The notes below the pieces were generated by a model, which had not been told where the DNA came from, ran no database searches, and saw only the letters and a list, made by a program, of their open reading frames with translations. DNA of 62,590 nt, filler included, from Klebsormidium nitens (lineage: Eukaryota > Plantae > Klebsormidiophyceae), in NCBI GenBank assembly GCA_000708835.1. It is 7 parts of 7 records of this genome, joined end to end, with 100 filler letters (N's around TTAATTAATTAA, not from the genome) between each part and the next. Parts side by side here need not be neighbours in the genome. Positions count along the whole stretch, not along the records: positions 1 to 29,737 come from DF237781.1; 6 more parts are not named here. The stretch is one strand, 5' to 3'. The position numbers and the translations under genes are program-made. Shown here piece by piece: positions 1 through 10,745 of the stretch (its first letter is position 1; every line of letters begins with the position of its first letter).

Positions 1-141
1 ATTGACGACATTTTGATCTTCTCAAAAACGGAGGCAGAACATCAGGCGCATTTGCGTATTGTTCTGGATCTTCTTCGGAAGGAGAAATTCTATGTCTGTG
101 AGGCGAAGTCTATGTTCGCCCAGACTGAGGTCAAATACTTG
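1..141 (+). mobile_element. Ty3/Gypsy reverse transcriptase fragment (truncated by window start, decays after ~141)
   Basis: Frame 1 reads IDDILIFSKTEAEHQAHLRIVLDLLRKEKFYVCEAKSMFAQTEVKYL. This matches the (Y)IDD catalytic motif and the following H..HL..VL..LR...F...K..F....V.YL block of Gypsy RT. Confidence 0.85.
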
Positions 142-1715
142 GCTAACAGGAAGCTGATACGTTATAGCAACATCAACTGCCGCACGTTGAATCATTTTGA
201 TGTTTGAGTCTCGTTACTCAATTGAGTGTGTGCTCGCTTTTTTGCAAACATATATACAGGCGACCTTTTCTAAGGTCTATTGAGATTGCTGGAAGGTCTC
301 GCAATCTGCACACTTTGGCCAGTCCATACTAATCACGTACGGCTGGTTCGAAGTGAGTTACTTAACAAGTATCTGCTCGCGAACATGATCAGGAAGCGTG
401 ACTCCTTTCCCCACCTCCTCTTGTGGTTTCTTTTCTTACTTTGGCAGGAAACGTCCTCACGTGCTTCCTGATGCTGGATCCGTAAGAACACGGCCTGTCA
501 TGAACACATTCCTAAGTGGCGTAAGAAGAGAACCCTTTCTGCCGCAGTCGTGACCACAGAAACACTTCAGGAACACCCGAGCTTCTTGTCAGTCTTACAG
601 AGCGGCTCAGAAGGAGCCGTGCCCTGAATTGGTTGGAATTTAAAATGAAAGAAGAGTAATCTAACCACCTCGGTAAGCAAACGAAGCGCTTCGCTCGAGC
701 GCATCTAGGCGTGCCCAATCAAGGGCGCGGCAGCTCAACTCGTTTTCCGCTCCTACAAAGCTCGTTCTTCACCTCCTCCAACCACTCGTATCCTTCCCGG
801 TCCGTCATCTGGTTGCTGTCTGCTCCTGTCAAGGCGTCTCCGAAGCTCAAACACATGCGTATGGCTCTAGGACGTAAAATAAAAGTGCTCGAGGAACCTG
901 CTCATTGTTCCGAGCAGTACGACACAGGGCTCGTAGAACTCTCAGGGCATCCGAAGAACCTGCTTTGCATCATCCATTTTGGGTCCGAATCAGAAAGCGG
1001 TATCCTTTCCTGGATGCCAATGAATGTACGCACTTCTCACCAGGGCCACACATCCGTTCTTGGTATTTTCCGAACGGGGCACCCTATGCACAAACTTCCT
1101 CCTCCATTCAAATGACCGGTCTGACGGTCTTTGAATATCACGAGAAACACCTCAAGCAACTAAGACTCTCAGATTTGCGCGAGGGCTTTTCAGCAAGACT
1201 AGTTACAGTGTCCCGCTCCGCAACTAGAGGCTGCCGCACAAGTTGCTTCGACGACCTTGTGAGCAACTCATACGCAAATGTTCTTACTTCGACTCTTCTC
1301 CTCGAACTCTCAGCTATAAAGCCGTTGCCCGCCCATGTCGCCTGGCTGCAAACCTTCCGATTCTCTTCGCACGCACAGTCTCCCCGAGCGCACTGGTCGA
1401 CTCTCCCGCGGCGGTTCGACGCTGGGCAACTCTGCGACATTCACCGGCCCCAATCTGATTCATGGTCGCCTCAAACCAAACATTCAAACCTAGCTTCTGC
1501 TCTGCCCCAATTGCCCACTGCTCTGCCATTTCGGCATCCGCGGGTTAAGACTATCTGCCGGCTGATTGCCAAACGGGGGAACGCTGCGCGCGCAGGTCTG
1601 CCCTGCGTGCCATGCCATAGTCCTGGTCCAGCGGCCTCCTCCCCTCGACGACCTTTCTTGAAAGCCCCAGCAACCCTGCCTTACGCACCGGGTCCCGGTG
1701 GGCGCTTCTCCATGG

Positions 1716-2019
1716 GCCACGTGGCAATAGTAAGGTCGGTCCGATCATTTGGCCACTTGAAATCCACGGACCAGTTGGCCCCGCGGCCCCCTTCCAATCA
1801 GACCACTCTTCCAGACAGCTGACTCCTGCGGGAGCCTCTCCTGGCGCGCTGCGGTCGAGTCCTGTTGATGGCATCAGCCACGTGGCAGAGCGCAAGATAT
1901 TCCGTTCTACCGAAGCTACATGGCACTCCTTCAAGAGTGATGCCCGGGTCAATCACCAGGGCTTCGCTTCTGAAGGCGTTCCGTCCGGTTCCTAGGAGCG
2001 GTCCCGAGAGCCACGTGGC
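1716..2019. promoter_or_regulatory. Cluster of three perfect palindromic G-boxes GCCACGTGGC
   Basis: Exact 10-mers at 1716-1725, 1877-1886 and 2010-2019, immediately upstream of the decayed paralogue that begins at ~2050. Confidence 0.5.
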
Positions 2020-2049
2020 ATGAAGCTGCCAGGTGGAAAAACGCTCTGG

Positions 2050-3300
2050 GCTTCGAAGTTTTTCGCAGTGCTTCAGACGTTACTAGTAATCACCAAAGAG
2101 ACGGCCAGCGTCGCCTAGTAAATGGTTCTTTGTGCAGTGGGCTCTCGAAGCGTCTTCCCTGTGCTTGCCTTTGGACTTTCTCCGCGGCGCTCTGAAGGCA
2201 AAGCGCCAGACTTCGAGGATGGCCAACGGGTGAACGGCACCATCTTGCCGCAGCTCGCGGCGCTCGATGGGCTGCCAGTGTTGCAGTCAGGCGGGGTCGT
2301 CATATCGTCAGGTCAGGAGCGCGCGTTCCGCTCGTCGGCGTATACCGTCTTTGATGCGCGCACGCGATATCGGAAGGGCGACGGCTAAATGCGCGCAGCG
2401 CTGGGGCCCAGTTCGAAAGGAGGCTCTTGAGAACGGCGACGTGTAATGTCGTTAGGACCGGCAGGCCGCAGCATTACGTATACATATCTCTATCTTTCGG
2501 TTCTCCTAGAAATTGGGCCAGAATTGGCTGAATCATGAAGCCCCATCGCGCTTTGAGACTGCTCTTTCTCGACGTCGAATGTCGCAGGCAGCCGCTAAAG
2601 ATGCGGCGATACTGCGCGAGAGTCTTCGGTGCGGTCTGGGACGCTCGCTTGTCAGAAGAGCTGATAGTCTAGAATCCCCCAGAGCTGGAGGGAGGATCTG
2701 AATCACTTTTCACCGCTTTTACCTTTGAACGCCCATCAAAGGGCCAGCAGAACTGGAATACTAGGATTGTCTCCTGATTGTTTCGCAGTTTGAATCGTGT
2801 TTGATATGAACAACCGTGGTCCTGAATCACTGGCCGGCATTTTGAGGGTTCTCCAAGGGGCAGATCTGATAAAAACTCAAAGCTTTGCACCAGTATTTGG
2901 CTATCAGCTTATGGGAAAGATTGCTACTTCAAAAGAAAATTGAAACTGTAAAGAATGTGCCGGTCGTGTTCTATCATAATCCAATTCAAAAGATGATCAA
3001 TGCCATAATCAATGGATTCCGTCGAACGTCTTTGGGACCAATGCCCCGTTGGCGATTGTGTTCCGTTCCTCGCAGGATATGACAGGTGCGGCTTTCACCG
3101 CACCTCGACCACTTCGGAGTTCCGGTACTTTGGCCGAGAAATAACTGAAAGAAAGCTGAACCAAAGGGGCCTTTAGGAACTATCTCGAAATACGTGCACT
3201 GAGTCTCAAATCTACGAATAAATGTCTTCCACAAGTAACTCCGTCTGCCAGCTGCCACTCAATAAGAGCCGTTCAGGTATATGTACCAAAGCCGGCGGGT
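2050..3300 (+). pseudogene. Decayed inverted paralogue of the Cys-rich secreted protein gene at 3898-5732
   Basis: 2050-2275 aligns with the reverse complement of 5670-5870 (ggcaaagcgccagact..gatggccaacg..cttgccgcagctcgcggcgctcg; NGTILPQLAAL vs NGTALPQLAAL). 3074-3300 resembles the last exon (EFRYFGRE vs ECGYFLPE; NSVCQ vs NTLRCQ) and has in-frame stops. Confidence 0.65.
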
Positions 3301-3897
3301 AGAAACAACACGACTCTGCGAGCTCGCAATCGGACGACTGGCATGCGCCGCCTGTGAGAATCAAGCGGATTTGATACATAACTGCGAATATGTTTAGCCC
3401 GATCATTTGGCAGTCCAAGGAAGCCCTGGCAGCGCATATACGTACGAAACGAGCTACGCATACGTAGCTTGTACGTTTGCTCTTAAGAGCTTCTCTTTAA
3501 ATTGGTCCAGCTATAATGACTGGACAACGTTGTCCCTTGACGGGGTTGAAGCCTGTGCTAATTGACAGAAGGAGAAGGCTACATATATCGGGCGTGTTCT
3601 ATCTTAACCAAGCTTACATGTTATACCGTTTCCAATAATGTAGATTACAACTTGTCCGACGAAGAGTATGGAAGATTTCTAAGCCAGTCTGCTACGATTT
3701 AGTAACCCTACGGACTATAACTACTGTATATGCACTCTTCACGACCTGTTACATTAGTCACGAAGATATTGACTCTATTCTGATATACACGTAGCAATGG
3801 TGTCCCGTTGACTGTCAACTAAGGTACCCTTCTTATTGCGGATCACTTTGACCGCGACCTCCACTGGTGAGCAGCAACCAGCGAGGTTCGTGACACA

Positions 3898-5732
3898 TTA
3901 GCACGAAGCAGTATACGGGCAGCACGTCTTATTCGCCTGGATCACCCCCGTATACTTGTCATATTCGCAGCGCTGCGGCGAGCCGTTGGTCCCAGATGGC
4001 TGGCACCGGAGAGTGTTGGCATTATAACTCTGGTCGAACGTGCGAGTACACAGGTCATTCGATGGGCAGACGCAGACGCTATCGGCTAGCCCGCGCCGCG
4101 TGGACGCCTCTTCTGGGAGGAAGTAGCCGCACTCCTCCCCGGTGTTGGCGTTCAAGCTGTTGCCGTCCTCCTGACGTCAGCGGTGGAGGAAGTGACGTCA
4201 GCAGAAGCCAGAAGGGTAGCAGGTTTTCTCGACGGTCTTCGGACAATGACGAAAGAGTAAAGCTATCCAAGTTGGAGAAATTAAAGGGCGGATTTGTCCG
4301 GCTTGGACGATGTCGAGGTTCCGCTAAAGTTGCTTTCGACATGAGGAAACATTTGCAAACGGACAGCGCACGGAAGAATCTGAGATAGGCATTGACAGGT
4401 GTCGCGGACTTAGTGTACCAAAAGAGACGTAACCTTTCAAGGTCCTTCGCAAGTACTTTGACGTACCCACTACAGATGCACCCCAACTAGTTCGTAACAA
4501 CTTTCAGAGCACGCGTTGTGTGGGTCCGACGCTCCAGCAGCTAGTATAGCATGAAACTTTTCAAACCAGGAAGTGGATCTTCTCCTATCTTGCCCGCTTC
4601 AAGTCGGCGTGGCGACTGAGATGTCGACAAGCACCTGATCACGTAGGATGCATCTCCTCATAATCGTCACAGCTAACAAATATTCCGGCCTGCGGCAGGT
4701 GTGAAATTGCACTGTCGCGGCGGGGTTGGATGCTTACATAGTTGAAGCAGCCGACGTTGTACCCGGCAGCCGCGGGGCAAGAGCACTTGGAGCTTCCGGA
4801 AAGGCTGCAAAAGTGAAAAAAGAAGCTTGCGATCTTCGCTGTTCAATGACCTCGCTTTTCCATACAAAACGAGGCTCCGTCGGGCAAGAGGGGCAGGGTT
4901 GCTGTAAAGCTGGTTGGGGTTGGACTATGCAATTTGGACCTCAACTCCTCCTAAACACCAGGCTAGCCCCACCCGCTTGTCAAGGACCAGTTTAAGGCAC
5001 ACCGGGATTAAATTGAGTAGATCGGTACCCTGACTAATCCGCAGCACGTCAACACTTACAGTAAAGTTGGAGGAAATTGTCGTCCCCAAGACGTAGTTTT
5101 ACAAGGTGGGCTGTTCATGACCGTCAGTGTCAAAGTTCTGTATCTTGTAGGCTGTTGCACTGAATCCACTTCCCCTGTTCTAGTTATCGTTTTATAGGAC
5201 TTTCGTCTTAGAAAGTCGCCGGTCGTTACAAGCATGTTTTAGTTTATGTACCTTCTGGGTCAAACATACTAAAACGTCCGCTGTCTATGCAGCAGCTTCC
5301 TGCAAGAATTTCTGGTTCGAACATACGAAAACGTCCACCATTTTTGCATCTTCCTGTTAGAACGAATCACCAGTAAAACTTACCTGGTTTGAAACTGAAG
5401 ACCATAATCATGACCATGACCAGCTTTCTAGTGACTCACCAGCAAAACTGGATGGAACCGTCCACCCCATAGCACGGCTGGTGTGCCAGCCCCGCGTCCC
5501 TCAGGTCCGTATTGTCATAGAAACCGCACGCGTAGTGGTTCACGGGGTTTCCCATGTTGTCTGTTTCGAAGTCGCCGACGTGCCCGGAAGAGGGCTTGAG
5601 CGTCCGGTGCGCCAGCGCCGGCTGCGCTACTCCGTTGAGCATCCAGAATGACGTCAGCACGGCGAGCGCGAGCGCCGCGAGCTGCGGCAAAGCGGTGCCG
5701 TTGGCCATCGTTACAGTCTGGCGCTTTGCCAT
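3898..5732 (-). CDS. Secreted cysteine-rich protein, ~210 aa, 3 exons (5732-5440, 4804-4738, 4170-3898)
   Basis: Hydrophobic signal peptide (LPQLAALALAVLTSFWMLNGVAQPALA). GT-AG junctions join in frame (..SIQFC|CLSGSSKCSCPAAAGYNVGCFNY|EDGNSLNANTGEECGYF..KTCCPYTASC*). Family not recognised. Confidence 0.7.
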
Positions 5733-6307
5733 GTAATGAAGAAGTAGGCGCTTGACGGCAAAGGAAAACGCTTCAGGAGCCCAGTGGATAAGAGATTTTC
5801 AGGAAGCGAGGCCGGGCCGATCGCTTTGGTTAGGTATGTTTTGAAGCAGTGCGGAGCAACTTCGAAGCTAGTCAGATGCGCCGGTACTGATCAGCTGCGC
5901 CGCCGCAGACGGCTTTGTGAGGCGAGCTTGTGCGCCTCCTTGGAAGTGATAGACGTTCGAGTAAGTACTACTCGGTTCTTCAAAACGACGGTTGCCAAGA
6001 CGATTCGACTGAATGAAGCTTTTAAACCCCTCTTGAGGAAAACAAGGCGACCAGCGCCAGCTGACAGAACACTGAAGTCAAGCTGCTGGAAGGTTCTGAA
6101 GGGACTTGAATAGCTCGGCAAGCCGCTTCGACGTTAGGGTACTACCAGGGTGGTGTTCGACGTCTACTCTTGCCTCCGTGTTGCCAGTTGCCAGGATAAG
6201 CCCTGACCGGTTTTCGAAGATATATAGAGGCAGGGTTCTCAAATGTCATTGTCAGTCCGCGTCAGTCTGCCGTCGGATCCATACGCGCATGCAGCAGGCG
6301 CGTTATA

Positions 6308-6475
6308 CGTTGACGCTGTTGATCAGAAACTTTACGTGTTCTGACGTCGACTCCATGCGTTGACGCTGTTGAAACACTTTTTGGGCTCTCTATCTACCAT
6401 TCCAAACATAGGCCTAACTTGCAGTTCATGCTGATCGAAAATCCTGAACCAAACTTCGTGCGTTGACGCTGTTGA
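6308..6475 (+). repeat. Three dispersed copies of the 15-mer CGTTGACGCTGTTGA
   Basis: Exact copies at 6308, 6358 and 6461. Confidence 0.85.
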
Positions 6476-7994
6476 CCCGTTCAATGGACAGCTTCCATGC
6501 CATGAATTTCAACGCCTAAAAGCGGACCTAAAAGCTCGCACCCGCCGGTCAGTCTGACATTATGGATCCATTGGTTCGCAACTTTCGCGTCAACTGCAGA
6601 TGGCCTGTCGACATGATGTCATTGATGAGGTGGTATCAAATGTGCGTTGAAGCCCTGCGTCCATATGGCAGACAGATGGCGGGCGGCATTCGGCTCATGC
6701 ACATTCACAATTGAAGATCGATGTTTTTGTACAGGTGGTTTCGAAATTCGAACATTCATTGCAGTCCGCAGTCTCCGCCGTATCTGACCGACGTTACTAG
6801 GAACGTCACACCCGCAGTCTTTTCTACGGGGAAATTTGGGCGCCGTTTGCTCAAGACCGTGATGCCGGTTTTGCACTTAAGCGCCATAAGCTTATGGCTT
6901 TGACTTCGTCCCAGTTGTAAAATGAAATGGAATGTCCATCCAAATTTCATCCCCACGCCAGCGCGGCCGCGAGAACAAGCGGGCCCAGCCATGCAGGCAG
7001 TGAAAGCTATCACAATTCATATCCAGCTATAGGGCTGCTGCCGGCAGGCGCACAGTTTGTGTCCAAGAGAAGTCATCAGGAGCGTCTGGAAGAGAACAGG
7101 GAACAGGTTGGACCAACTCAACAGTCCGGTACAGTTTGATTGTTGGCAATTGAAGAGGACGGCATGTTACCTTTCCGGCACGGGGGCGCAGCCCGACCGC
7201 TGCTCACCCTAGGCGAGATGTTGGAGGATCTGGCGGGAGAGGACGTAGCAGGGGGAGCCCCTCCGAATGCTGAGCAGCTTGAAGGTGGGAGACGTTGAGA
7301 ACTTTCTCTCCTGCCTGCATTCAAGAGCTGTTGCAGAGAGTTGCATTTTATTGGTGTTTGGCAGCAATCCAGGCAGAGCTTTAAAATGAGGAAATGCACG
7401 TCATTGGACTGTATATAGTCCCCTGCAAAGTTCTGGGTACAGGAGCTTGAGGGTCGGCGCCAACGGAGTTCGGAATTTGCTTATGGATGAGCTACGGATT
7501 GCCTGATGCATGATTTGATGGATGAGCTAATGCATTGCTGCTCTCCGAGTTGAGAGCAGCTTTGGAGCTGGTAGCTGCGTAACCTGTAATCTGCCAATGA
7601 TTCTTGCTAGATTCCTGGTTTTTCTTTGCGTAAGTCTGCAAGTGGCAGCTTGACCAAAAAGTCTCAGCCAGTCGCTGGCAGAATATAACTCCATTGTGAA
7701 GGCCGGATTGTCGCTGGCCAAATATGTTGGTAGAAATCACACTTGCCCCGCAACCAGGTGTGTCTTTGCTAGCAGAGTGCAACCAACTCGTATGCTATTG
7801 CTGAAACGAGGCTGTATGATTACATACTTAGAAAATTTGTGCAGGTGCACGAGACCGAGAATCTGGTGGGACCGGGACCCTGGAGGCACGGTTTGAAGTA
7901 TGTTCATCATCCGTCTTCTGTTCTGAGCTAATGCTCATTTTGGGGTGTTCTTGTCTGTTCTATTGAAGAGAGTTCCAAGCAAAAATGGAGACTT

Positions 7995-8288
7995 TTATGA
8001 GTGTACAGTGTCGCAAGCATGCTGCACGAAGTGTCTGCAGAGCAGAGTTTTAGCACCGTATGCACAGGGAAGACTGCTGTCATCAAATAGCGCTTCTGGG
8101 GTGGAACCTCTTGACTGTCGGTTCACTTTCATCACTGATAAGGACTTTCTGAGGTTGGATTCACAGAGCCAGAGAGGAAGCTGGGCAATCAAAGTGATGG
8201 GAAATAAGTTCGTAACAATCAGTAGACATTGGAATAACCTCCACACAGACACCCTCCTGCTGAGCACAGCCCCTGTCGTTCCAATCAT
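7995..8288 (-). pseudogene. Possible degenerate transposase remnant (SWIM-like motif)
   Basis: LPCAYGAKTLLCRHFV loosely resembles the CxC..LLCxH SWIM finger of MULE transposases. The surrounding 6.6-9.4 kb looks like broken coding sequence. Confidence 0.2.
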
Positions 8289-10067
8289 AGGCGTGGCATT
8301 TCAGGTATCTCTTCACGCTCGATTGATGGCGTCCTGTTTGCGGTGTTTCCTTTTACCCCGCTTTACTTACTTTGGCTGCTACTCTGGCCGAGTTCAGCGG
8401 CTTCACCAAAAGTCGAAACGCTAGGTAGGAGGGAGTGTGCCTTTTTTATTTCGTCTTGTGGGGTTCACCGCCTTGAACGTAGCCGTCGTGTGCTTGCAGC
8501 GTGCGCTGAGTGAGACCAGCTCCTCCCTTCGAAACCCGGGGACGTCTTGGATAGGGCCCACCCAGAAGGTTAGCAATAACCCCAACTTCGTATATTCTGC
8601 TATTCAAGATTGTGCTAACCCAGATGGTTGAGACCCGTTAAGCCTGCCACCTACTCGCTGCATAATCCACGGTTCCCCGCATATTAAGTGCTGCTGTGTG
8701 CCCCACTTCGACTCGTTGTTCGCAGATGTTAGCAAGCCCGGTTCTGCTACCGAAAAGCAGGGGGTTTAATGAACAGAGTGAACCGGGTTACCGGAAGTAA
8801 CCAGTTCCGCTAGTGTAGTTTGTGAGTGCTGGACCCCATAGATAGGCCGACATTGAGCGAGCCCGGTTCGCGGTATATCCTGCTTCCTGATGTGGACGAG
8901 TAGAGTGATACTGGAAGCTTGAAAAGCGGGCTTTATCTTGAAAAAGACTGTGCAGTTTTGGTTCCAAGTGACTGATTCGTTCTTTGGGTCCGTGTACTTG
9001 TTCTACACTTTATATTATCCACTCTACCCGAAACTTCGAACCAATGTATTCTCTGGGTTTCAAGTATCCAGGGTTCGCAGTCCATTGTAGCTCTTTAAAT
9101 CGGAAGAATGGGTAGCTCTGCAGTTTTACTATTTAAAGTACCAATCTAAAGATTCGGAGTGTCTGAACCAGTACATTATGTCTATTTCACGTTGCCTAAT
9201 CTTGTACGCCAGCGGCACAGTAGTGCTTTCTGATTAGGCAGAAGCGTTCACAACTGTAACGCCCCAGTCTGTGGCTGCTTCGTTGATTGTGCCTCTCTTC
9301 CGGAACTCTTTTATAGAGGAGGTGTCCAGCTTTGTAGTGTCTACTTTTCTTCAAGCCTCATGAAGCTCGCCTGAGTTGATAGGACCCACGTATGCTCCAT
9401 TTGCGTCCCAGCCGGTCTGAGCAAGCAAGCTCACCAGTGCAAGCTATTGTGTGCTTCCCTGCCTTTTTGCAGCTCTCCTCGAGCCTGACGACAGCTGATC
9501 AGCTCATCTCGGTGGCCGCTTCAGAGCTTTTGAGTCTTTCTCGTAAAGTAGATCAGGCTGCTCACTTAGTGACGCGCTCTCACAATCAGTTGGAGAAACT
9601 GAAATCAAGACCGCTAAGCTGATGCTCTGCCGCTAAGAAAGGCTGAACGTCCATGACGTAGGAAATGAAAGCAATCTACAAAGCCATTTGAATTCAGATC
9701 GGAGTCCTAAATACAGTCTCACTGTAGCACCTAGTCACTAATATGTACGTAGCGCCACAGCATGTACCTTCTGATCATGTACATTTACAATCTGAGCCAT
9801 GGCCGAAGCGCCACGGGCATTCGCTGGGAGCTGAGTCCAACGAAGGCCGCCCGGGCTCCTACTTATTTCTCGTCTTCTGTCTTGGGCTTATAGTGTATCG
9901 GGCGGCCGGGGGGACTGCCACTTCAGTGCACAGACTGTAAAGCTGACTCCTTAGTGCGTGCATATAATGGTAAACTGCAACTTACCGTCGTGCCCGGATC
10001 AGACCCCATGGGCCGGGCCAGGTAACTATGACAGGCCCATTTGTGGTGGCACAGCATGCGAGTGACT

Positions 10068-10126
10068 CATATTTGGTGTTCAACACCAAATATGCATTCC
10101 GGGCTAACGGTTAGCCCGGAATGCAT
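10068..10126. repeat. Two overlapping perfect palindromes
   Basis: catatttggtgtt-c-aacaccaaatatg (10068-10094, 13-bp arms) and atgcattccgggctaac-g-gttagcccggaatgcat (10092-10126, 17-bp arms). Confidence 0.95.
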
Positions 10127-10745
10127 GCAGCCTGATGCGCCCATGATTTCGACTAATTTGCCGGAGGTGCGCAACGATGCAGTCCGACCGTCTTAGCAGA
10201 GCGGGCCGGACTCAGCTATCTAGGGGCGGGCCGGGCCAGGTTGCTGTCGGCGAGTTAGTACGTCCGGCAGCTAGCCGCCTCTAGGCCATTTCGGTGATGC
10301 TTACTGAGCGCATCTTAGTTGGACAAAATGGACGGAATCATTGCCACGCGGCTAGTGGGTGGCCTCTACGCCTCGTGAGCCGCTGAGCCATGTCATATGA
10401 CATGGGGGCGGCCAGCGCGGCCGCCGTGCTCGAACCAATGTGAGTCGAGTCCGGTGGTCACTGCATTCCAACCATTGCCATCATCGTAGCAAGATGAATT
10501 GAACTATGATTTCATCATGCAGTATACACTGCTTTCCACTTAGAGAGTCGCCATGATCATCCCCTTTCCCATTGCACATCGAGCACCATAAGTTGGGGCC
10601 GTCGGACATTGACTACGGATTGAAGCAAGAGAGCAGGCAAACTACGTGCTTAGAGAAGGAGGCCCGGACAACCACGCCTGTGCCTTCACACTCTCATCGC
10701 CCGACTTATATGTACAAGCAACACCGACATACCAGACCCCGAGCC

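Noticed and set aside
905-1822. 305-aa ORF
   Set aside because: No recognisable domain or splice structure; probably a chance ORF in GC-rich sequence.
5090-5155. Extra exon of the Cys-rich gene
   Set aside because: It has AG/GT-like borders but introduces a stop in the required phase; the three-exon model is already in frame.
6308-6475. CRISPR-like repeat-spacer appearance
   Set aside because: The repeat is only 15 nt with three copies and unequal spacers, in a eukaryotic context with no cas genes.
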